NCBI GenBank assembly: GCA_017547605.1
Contig: JAFYPG010000163.1
Location: 1 to 42,344, forward strand
DNA: 42,344 nt
Source: Prevotella sp.
GTDB taxonomy: Bacteria > Bacteroidota > Bacteroidia > Bacteroidales > Bacteroidaceae
Reading direction: 5' to 3'
Below, piece by piece: positions 36,028-42,344 of this stretch. The translations under genes were made by a program, and so were the position numbers. Position 1 is the stretch's first letter. Every line of letters begins with the position of its first letter. The notes under the pieces were generated by a model. The model was not told the origin of the DNA. It saw nothing but the letters and a program-made list of their open reading frames with translations, and did not search any database.

Positions 36028-38303
36028 TAAGAGACAATTCTGCCTTTTGTGGCGTTGTCGCTATCGTACCAATCGATATAGGTTCGTACGTTGGATGCCC
36101 AGTCGCTGAACTGCGAGTAGGTAATGCCGATGTTGTTGCCCTCCTTGGGCCAGAACCATTTGCCTGCCTTGTTACAGTTGACCACAAGGTAGAGGGGAGC
36201 CGAACCCAGTGTTGAGGGTTGATGCTCCTCGGTGACATTGCCACTGGTGTCTTCAACATTCAGGACAAAATCAAGTTTGTCGATACGGAAATTGCCGTCG
36301 GTGAAGGTAATCTCGCCGAGTTTGCGGAAATTGCGGTTGACACTGCTATTGTTCACGCTGGTGTTAACGGCTGAACCGATGGCGGCATGAACCTCCTCAC
36401 CGAAGACCTCATCATTGTATAATATAGTGGTTGCAATCGTGTTGCCGACACACGCCACCTGCACGTTGGCGGTAAAGGTGCCGTCGCCATTATCGATAGG
36501 GGTATTGACACGAAGGACGACGTCATTGTAGTCGAAGTCCTTGGTGGCAGCCTCTAAGGTCTCGAAGAGATAGAAGATGCTTCCGAAGGTTGGGATAGAC
36601 CCTGTCACCTCTTTGTTAAATAAAGAATAGGCTGGGGAGGTGCTGTAGGTACAGGTCTGGCGGCTGGCATCGATGCCATCAGAGGTCACCGCTGCATCAG
36701 TTCCGACGAAACAGTACTTGTCATCGATCAGCGTCCACTCATAATTGGCAACATCCAGCGACCGTCCTTCATAACCATTCATCCAATAATAGAGCATCCG
36801 GAGGTTATGGTAGCCAGAGAAGGTTTCCTGCAGTTTACCGATGCCGACGCCCCGTTTGTCACCTTCCCAGACGTTGATGGCTCCATTGCTGAAGATGGTG
36901 GGGAATTTAGAGGGAAGGATCAACTCCACGTGGTCGAGTAGGTAGGTGCCTGCAACACCTTCGGTAGTGGCACAGTAGGTGCAGTTGTTGACTTTCAGTA
37001 CGGCGTTTGCCTTAAAATCATCACCGACAGGTCCTTGGATACCATAGTTGTCGATGCTAAGGCTGTTCCAGCAGTTCAGATAGGCGGCATTGCCCATGTA
37101 AAGCACCTTGTCACCGCTGATATCGCCGCTCAGGGTCAGAGTCTTACACTCAGTATAACTACCGTCGTCCATCTTTGATGGGCGGTTGAGCATCAGTTCG
37201 CCGGCCACTTTTATATAGCCGGCATTCTCGACGGAGAGGTTCTCGTCTGTCAGCGACGAGAGGTAGATAGCACCGACATTGACGAGTGTACCAGGGGTAT
37301 TATTGCTTTCGTTAGCGGTACTGAGAATGGTCGTGCCGTAGCCCTCAGAACTGCCAATGGTACCTGCATTGTAGAGCGTACAACTATTGATGCTGACAAC
37401 CCTCGATGTGATGGTGCCCGCGTTATAGCAGAAAGTGCCGTCTTTGGTAGCAAACTCAACGGTGCCACTGCCACTGATCTGCCCACCGGGGAGCACGTAG
37501 ATCAGACCAGAGTTCTCGTCGGCCATCGGACTGGTGGTAAGCCTGAAGCCTTGGGGGATAACAAGGTTGCCGCCAGCACCCACGATGAGGACATTATCTC
37601 TCAAAACCTGTTGATTGAAGGACAGTGTCCAGGTGGCCGTGACATAGACCGACTTCTTCTGGTAGGTGCCCAGACTGGGAATGAAACCCGTGAAGTCGGA
37701 ACTGACTTGAAAGTGCACTTCCTGCTCGTTGTTCAGATCCACGGGATCCGTCGGGCCGTAGAGAGTACCAGTGGTATAGGCCGAGAGGTCTGGCAGACTA
37801 CGGGCGGGCACGCTCCATCTGTTGCCTGTAGTCATGGTGTATGATTCTCTTTCCAAGGGAATCTTACCGTTGAAGTTTACTTCAGCAGTGCCATTCACGA
37901 TGGGGAAGGGCTTACAAACGGCATGGCCGTCATCATCGTAACATCCCGCATAGAGCAGGGGAGCATTGGCAGGACGGGCGATGTTGATGGTCTTCGACTC
38001 ACCGGACTTCAGTTTGGCCATGCCAATATAGACGGCATTGGCATCTAAGATGAGAGGTGATTGGGAGATATAGACCGTGTAATCAGCTTCATTGCCGTAG
38101 TCAACACTGATATGGACAGTGGCATTGCCCACCGTGTTCCAGTCCTGGTAACTGTCGATTTCCTTACTGCCCATCACCAGGGCCTTGAAGTTATCCACGA
38201 ACTTCTGTTCCTGTGAGCTTTCAGTCATATGTTTACAACTGATTGCAGTTAAGCATAGGGATACAGCCACTACGCATTTTATCCAATAACTCCTTTTCCT
38301 CAT
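36024..38303 (-). CDS. Large surface lipoprotein with beta-helix-like core and DUF4842/LruC-like C-terminus (array gene 5)
   Basis: Lipobox AISC; IDSYQDW; repeated NAGTI-type units; YLFET..DFDYNDVVL, EVH, WPKEG.NI..Y..F..W..DWY. Confidence 0.8.
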   Translation of the reverse strand: MRKRSYWIKCVVAVSLCLTAISCKHMTESSQEQKFVDNFKALVMGSKEIDSYQDWNTVGNATVHISVDYGNEADYTVYISQSPLILDANAVYIGMAKLKSGESKTINIARPANAPLLYAGCYDDDGHAVCKPFPIVNGTAEVNFNGKIPLERESYTMTTGNRWSVPARSLPDLSAYTTGTLYGPTDPVDLNNEQEVHFQVSSDFTGFIPSLGTYQKKSVYVTATWTLSFNQQVLRDNVLIVGAGGNLVIPQGFRLTTSPMADENSGLIYVLPGGQISGSGTVEFATKDGTFCYNAGTITSRVVSINSCTLYNAGTIGSSEGYGTTILSTANESNNTPGTLVNVGAIYLSSLTDENLSVENAGYIKVAGELMLNRPSKMDDGSYTECKTLTLSGDISGDKVLYMGNAAYLNCWNSLSIDNYGIQGPVGDDFKANAVLKVNNCTYCATTEGVAGTYLLDHVELILPSKFPTIFSNGAINVWEGDKRGVGIGKLQETFSGYHNLRMLYYWMNGYEGRSLDVANYEWTLIDDKYCFVGTDAAVTSDGIDASRQTCTYSTSPAYSLFNKEVTGSIPTFGSIFYLFETLEAATKDFDYNDVVLRVNTPIDNGDGTFTANVQVACVGNTIATTILYNDEVFGEEVHAAIGSAVNTSVNNSSVNRNFRKLGEITFTDGNFRIDKLDFVLNVEDTSGNVTEEHQPSTLGSAPLYLVVNCNKAGKWFWPKEGNNIGITYSQFSDWASNVRTYIDWYDSDNATKGRIVSY

Positions 38304-38333
38304 AAAATGGTATAGCCTTTTGATTGTATAGTG

Positions 38334-38407
38334 TGGACCAGCCAGGGCTTGAACCTGGGACCTCCAGATTATGAGTCTGTTGCTCTAACCAACTGAGCTA
38401 CAAGTCC
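38334..38407 (-). tRNA. tRNA with CAU anticodon, most likely tRNA-Ile2 (lysidine) rather than Met
   Basis: GGACTTGTAGCTCAGTTGGTTAGAGCAACAGACTCATAATCTGGAGGTCCCAGGTTCAAGCCCTGGCTGGTCCA. The GACTCATAATC anticodon arm is typical of Ile2. CCA not encoded. -7 box TAACTTTG at 38421-38428. Confidence 0.93.
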
Positions 38408-38506
38408 GGGATTTGGGATGCAAAGTTATATGAAAATCCTTAAATATCCAAATTTTTTGTGTGAATCTTTCGCTCTGCGCCTATTTTTTCGTAACTTTGC
38501 CGCCCA

Positions 38507-39445
38507 ATGGAGACAATTTTTCTCAATCAGGTCCGGAAAACGTCGGCTGCCTGTGTGGCAACCGTCGGCATGTTCGACGGTGTGCACCGTGGACACCAGC
38601 ATGTGATCGGACAGGTGGTGGAGAAGGCACGGGAGGCTGGGATTTCTTCGACTGTCATCACCTTCGACAAGGTGCCCCGTCAGGTGCTGGATCCGTCGTT
38701 CCGTCCGCAACTACTTACGACCTTGGAGGAAAAGGAAGCCATCATCCGACAGTTGGGCGTGGATGTTCTCGCCGTACTCCCCTTCACCCGTGAGACGGCC
38801 GGCCTGTCGGCACAGGCTTTTATGAAGCAGGTGCTCCATGAACAGTTGCAGACGAAGGTGCTTGTCACGGGTTATGACAACCGTTTCGGTCATGACCGGA
38901 CGGAGGGCTTCGACGACTATGTGCGCTATGGCCGAGAACTGGGGATGGAGGTGCTTCGTGGAGATGCGCAGTTGATGGATGACGGTCAGCGGCCTGTCAG
39001 TTCGTCGGTAATCCGCCAGTTGTTGGCCGAAGAGGGACGGGTGGATCTGATGCCACACTACCTGACACGCCTCTACCAGTTGCGGGGAACGGTGGCACCT
39101 GGTGAGCATATCGGGCACCGGCTCGGCTATCCCACTGCGAACCTAGAAGTTGACGAGGCTGACAAACTGATCCCTGCCGCTGGCGTCTATGCTGTGTGGA
39201 CTACACTTGAGGGGGAACAGCAGCCACGGGCAGCGATGATGAACATCGGCAATCGGCCCACGTTCCATGGTCATCGCCAGACCTTGGAAGTGAATATCCT
39301 CGACTTTAAGGGTGATTTATACGGGCAGACGATGTGTGTCTCGTTCGTCGAACGCCTGCGGGCGGAACGGCGTTTTGACTCGCCGGAGGCCTTGGCGGTT
39401 CAGTTGGAAGCAGATAAAGAACAAGTAAAACAGATATTAGGATGA
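38507..39445 (+). CDS. ribF: Bifunctional riboflavin kinase / FAD synthetase
   Basis: GMFDGVHRGH, GYDNRFG, VSSSVIR, GHRLGYPTAN, NIGNRPT, LEVNILDF.GDLYG. Confidence 0.96.
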   Translation: METIFLNQVRKTSAACVATVGMFDGVHRGHQHVIGQVVEKAREAGISSTVITFDKVPRQVLDPSFRPQLLTTLEEKEAIIRQLGVDVLAVLPFTRETAGLSAQAFMKQVLHEQLQTKVLVTGYDNRFGHDRTEGFDDYVRYGRELGMEVLRGDAQLMDDGQRPVSSSVIRQLLAEEGRVDLMPHYLTRLYQLRGTVAPGEHIGHRLGYPTANLEVDEADKLIPAAGVYAVWTTLEGEQQPRAAMMNIGNRPTFHGHRQTLEVNILDFKGDLYGQTMCVSFVERLRAERRFDSPEALAVQLEADKEQVKQILG

Positions 39446-40200
39446 AAAAGGCATTGATTTATACCATCGTGTTCGTCGGCATTCAGTTTTTGGTGGGCGG
39501 ACTGGTGACACTGATTTTTCGGTTACTGAAAGGCGAAAGTGCCGCACCGGGTGCTATGGAACTGATTATTACGACGGCCGCGACCAGCGTTGTGACGGTG
39601 ATTGTCTTCCTGACCACGAAATGGACGGTAGTGTCTCGCCACTGGGTACGGACCCGTCCTTGGTTTGTGTTATTCTGGTGCGTGCTGGCTGCACTTGGAC
39701 TACTGGTTCCGTCGGAGTGGCTGCAGGAACTGATGCCTGCATTGCCCAACCTCGCCGAGGAGACTTTCGACCTGATCATGAAGGATCGCTGGGGCTATGT
39801 CGTCGTGGGTCTGCTGGCACCGCTGACAGAGGAAATGGTGTTCCGCGGAGCCGTCCTGAAGGCCTTGTTGCAGTGGAAGCAGAACCCCTGGGTGGGCATC
39901 GTGATCTCTGCCGTACTTTTCGCTATGATCCACATGAATCCCGCCCAGATGCCCCATGCATTCCTGGTTGGACTGCTGTTGGGCTGGATGTACTACCGTA
40001 CGGACAGTATCGTGCCGGGGGTGGTGTATCACTGGGTGAACAATACGGTGGCCTATGTACTGTATAATCTCTACCCCAATCCGGACATGACGCTGCTGGA
40101 CCTGTTCGGTTCCCAGCAACGGGTGTTGCTGGCCCTCGTCTTCTCGCTGTGTATCTTCCTACCGGCGCTCTATCAGTTGAACATGAGACTGAAGAAATAA
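39442..40200 (+). CDS. CPBP family intramembrane metalloprotease (CAAX/Abi)
   Basis: PLTEEMVFRG, FAMIH, HWVNN; multiple TM helices; ATGA overlap with ribF. Confidence 0.92.
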   Translation: MKKALIYTIVFVGIQFLVGGLVTLIFRLLKGESAAPGAMELIITTAATSVVTVIVFLTTKWTVVSRHWVRTRPWFVLFWCVLAALGLLVPSEWLQELMPALPNLAEETFDLIMKDRWGYVVVGLLAPLTEEMVFRGAVLKALLQWKQNPWVGIVISAVLFAMIHMNPAQMPHAFLVGLLLGWMYYRTDSIVPGVVYHWVNNTVAYVLYNLYPNPDMTLLDLFGSQQRVLLALVFSLCIFLPALYQLNMRLKK

Positions 40201-40202
40201 AG

Positions 40203-40226
40203 TAGGGCTGGCAATTGCCAGCCCTA
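40203..40226. terminator. Terminator palindrome
   Basis: TAGGGCTGGCAATTGCCAGCCCTA between convergent genes. Confidence 0.8.
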
Positions 40227-40284
40227 TCTTCTTGGCTTGTGTTTGAAATGGATTAATTATTTATATAGAAAGCATAGAAAATGT

Positions 40285-40764
40285 TCATTCCAGATAGGTG
40301 GAGTTCTCCGTGGCGGCAGCCTTGATGCTGTCGGTGGCATTCTCCGCCTGAATGGTGTTGAGCACATTGACGGTGTCAGCCTCCTGTGCATGGAACTTCG
40401 CATAGGCATCCTTCGGGTCGTCCCATCCCCATTCCCACGGTGCTTGGGCGGCATTGCCCAGCGTGAGGATGATAGCAACGATGGCAGCAGCCCTGAACAG
40501 CGGCATCAGCCGGTCTTTCAGCGTGACGATCTTTGCCTTGGGTGCCTCACCGATCTTCTCCAGGATACGCATGTCGAAATCCTCGCCCAATGGAGCCTCC
40601 CGCTCTGTCTCGCAGACAAAGAGATCACGGTATTTCCGCAGATTCTCAGGAATGTCCGTGGTGTCGGGCTGGCTGAAGAAGGTGCGCAGAATAGCCTCTT
40701 CCTGCAGGGTGGTCTCACACTGCCAGTAGCGTTCTAAGAGTTGTTCGATGTACTTATAGTCCAT
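40285..40764 (-). CDS. Putative membrane-anchored anti-sigma factor
   Basis: MDYKYIEQLLERYWQCETTLQEE..FF N-terminus, single TM (AAAIVAIILTLG), overlaps the ECF sigma stop. ATG 40764. Confidence 0.75.
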   Translation of the reverse strand: MDYKYIEQLLERYWQCETTLQEEAILRTFFSQPDTTDIPENLRKYRDLFVCETEREAPLGEDFDMRILEKIGEAPKAKIVTLKDRLMPLFRAAAIVAIILTLGNAAQAPWEWGWDDPKDAYAKFHAQEADTVNVLNTIQAENATDSIKAAATENSTYLE

Positions 40765-41272
40765 ATTTCTCTGTTTCAAGATATTTCTGCCGGATGGCCT
40801 GTCGGGCACGGAAGATGTTGATCTTAACCTGTTCCTCACTGATGGCCATGATGGCGGCGATCTCCTTATAACTCTTGCCCTCGAAATCGCGCAACTGCAT
40901 GGCACTGCGCTGTTTTTCCGGCAACTGTCCGATGAGGCGGCGTATCAGTCCGATGCGGTCTTGCTGCATAGCCTGCTCCTCGGGGTTGGATGAATAACTT
41001 CGGTCGGGTGCGTCGTGTACTCCCTCGTCGAGGCTCTGGTTCTGCCCTTCCATCCGGCGCATCTTATCGAGTGCGAGGTTCCGGCAGATAGTCAGGCAAA
41101 AGGCTTCGATGGATTCGATCTCGTCCCACTGGTCGCGCCTGTTCCAGACCTTGATCATCGTTTCCTGTACGACATCCTCTGCTTCCGCAGGGTTGAGAGT
41201 GATGCGGAGTGCAAGCCGGTAGAGCTCGTTTTTCAGCGGAAGGATATCGTTTTGGAAGCTGATCTTTTTCAT
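40754..41272 (-). CDS. ECF RNA polymerase sigma-70 factor
   Basis: AEDVVQETMIKVW, CRNLALD, LPEKQR..LRDFEGKSYKEIA, VKINIFRAR. Confidence 0.95.
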   Translation of the reverse strand: MKKISFQNDILPLKNELYRLALRITLNPAEAEDVVQETMIKVWNRRDQWDEIESIEAFCLTICRNLALDKMRRMEGQNQSLDEGVHDAPDRSYSSNPEEQAMQQDRIGLIRRLIGQLPEKQRSAMQLRDFEGKSYKEIAAIMAISEEQVKINIFRARQAIRQKYLETEKYGL

Positions 41273-41347
41273 CCTCTCTGTATAATAAGACGATTGGGAA
41301 ACGGGAAAGTTACACCTTGGGATACTTTTTTGTTGAAAGTTTCACGA

Positions 41348-42121
41348 TCAACGAATAACCGTCCTTGACTGACCGTCGAGGGCGGTGGCGAGGGTGATGA
41401 TCACACGGCCGACACCGGCATCGATGGCGGAGAGGGCATTCTCGATCTTCGGGAGCATCCCGCCGCTGATGGTACCGTCGGCTTTATATTGAATAAAGTC
41501 CGCGTGCGTGATCGTAGGGATGACACTGTCGTCATCGTCGGGATTACGGAGTACCCCTTTCTTCTCAAACGAGAAGATGAGGGTCACGTCATAATAGGGA
41601 GCCAGGGCCTTGGCGGTCTCTGAGGCGATGGTGTCGGCATTGGTGTTGAGGATATGTCCTTCTCCGTCATGCGTCAGGGGGGCCACGACAGGGGTGATAC
41701 CCTCTTCGATGAGGCGGCTGAGCATCCGTCCGTCGGCACGATCGACATCGCCGACGAAACCGAAGTCGATACCGTCTTTCAAAGGACGCTTATGGGAGCG
41801 GATAATGTCGATGTCGGCACCCGTCAGACCGAGGGCATTGACACCGTTGGCCTGCAGACGAGCCACGAGGTTCTTGTTCACCAGACCGCCATAGACCATT
41901 GTCACCACCTGGAGCATGTTAGCGTCAGTGATGCGGCGGCCGCCCACCATCTTCGACTCGATGCCGAGTTGCGAGGCTACCTGCGTAGCGCGACGGCCAC
42001 CGCCATGGACGAGCACCTTACGTCCCTCGATGGCACTGAAGTCCTTCAGGAGTTGCGTGAGTTGAGCCTCGTCTTCGACAACGGCACCACCCACTTTTAC
42101 GATAGTCAGTTTCTCTTTCAC
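41348..42121 (-). CDS. argB: Acetylglutamate kinase
   Basis: IVKVGG, VHGGG, GRRITD, GFVGD, LNTNADT, ISGGMLPKI; GTG start. Confidence 0.95.
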   Translation of the reverse strand: MKEKLTIVKVGGAVVEDEAQLTQLLKDFSAIEGRKVLVHGGGRRATQVASQLGIESKMVGGRRITDANMLQVVTMVYGGLVNKNLVARLQANGVNALGLTGADIDIIRSHKRPLKDGIDFGFVGDVDRADGRMLSRLIEEGITPVVAPLTHDGEGHILNTNADTIASETAKALAPYYDVTLIFSFEKKGVLRNPDDDDSVIPTITHADFIQYKADGTISGGMLPKIENALSAIDAGVGRVIITLATALDGQSRTVIR

Positions 42122-42145
42122 CTTTTACCTTTTTACTTTTTTACC
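42122..42145. repeat. 8-bp tandem repeat (TTTTTACC-type x3) filling the speA-argB spacer
   Basis: CTTTTACC TTTTTACT TTTTTACC. Confidence 0.7.
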
Positions 42146-42146
42146 T

Positions 42147-42344
42147 TTACTCCAAATAGGTATAGCCATAGAGACCACTGCGGTAGTTGCTCAGGAACTC
42201 CTTACCCTCTTCAAGGGAAATCTTGCTCTGTTTCACGCTCTTGGCTACCCAGACTTCCAACTGGCGCACGAGTTTCTTGGGTTCGTACTGCACGTAGTCG
42301 AGCACCTCGGCCACCGTCTCACCGTCGATGATCTGGTCGATGTG
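42147..42344 (-). CDS. speA: Biosynthetic arginine decarboxylase, C-terminal fragment (5' part outside the window)
   Basis: Missing from the ORF track. Translated by hand: HIDQIIDGETVAEVLDYVQYEPKKLVRQLEVWVAKSVKQSKISLEEGKEFLSNYRSGLYGYTYLE*, the characteristic SpeA ending. Confidence 0.9.
   Translation of the reverse strand, partial: HIDQIIDGETVAEVLDYVQYEPKKLVRQLEVWVAKSVKQSKISLEEGKEFLSNYRSGLYGYTYLE

Noticed and set aside
28140-38407. Integrative element or prophage at the tRNA
   Set aside because: No integrase, phage or conjugation genes, and no duplicated tRNA 3' end was found at the far side of the array.
38334-38407. Initiator tRNA-fMet
   Set aside because: It has a G1-C72 pair and lacks the three consecutive G-C pairs in the anticodon stem.
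1-42344. CRISPR array, rRNA, IS transposase
   Set aside because: No regularly spaced repeat-spacer units, rRNA-like sequence or transposase ORFs were seen.

Overview
This 42.3 kb window looks like chromosomal DNA from a Bacteroidales bacterium, most likely Prevotella/Xylanibacter-like. The basis is the TAnnTTTG promoters, the lack of obvious Shine-Dalgarno sites, a 'YDLQG' secretion tail and a speA-argB-ECF sigma gene order. From left to right it holds: a truncated GH2 glycosidase (absent from the ORF track); a cobalamin riboswitch, interrupted by a palindromic insert with an 8-bp direct repeat, upstream of a degenerate flavodoxin-fold gene and an unannotated 29-aa membrane peptide; a beta-barrel/S41/S37 peptidase operon; a DUF6057 + TolB-like (CxxCH) pair; a hemicellulose cluster (CBM35-GH26, two GPH transporters, SASA esterase, GH43); housekeeping genes (M16, PfkB, FprA, LOG, DEAD helicase, S46, flippase, SpmAB); a ~10 kb array of five related surface lipoproteins with E(D)..DxD[FYC]ND motifs, two of them sharing patches of identical DNA, directly 3' of a tRNA(CAU); and ribF, CPBP protease, anti-sigma/ECF sigma, argB and the end of speA. 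No integrase, transposase, CRISPR array or reverse transcriptase was seen. The best candidates for something new are the lipoprotein array and the interrupted B12-riboswitch operon. All family assignments come from motif recognition, not database searches.
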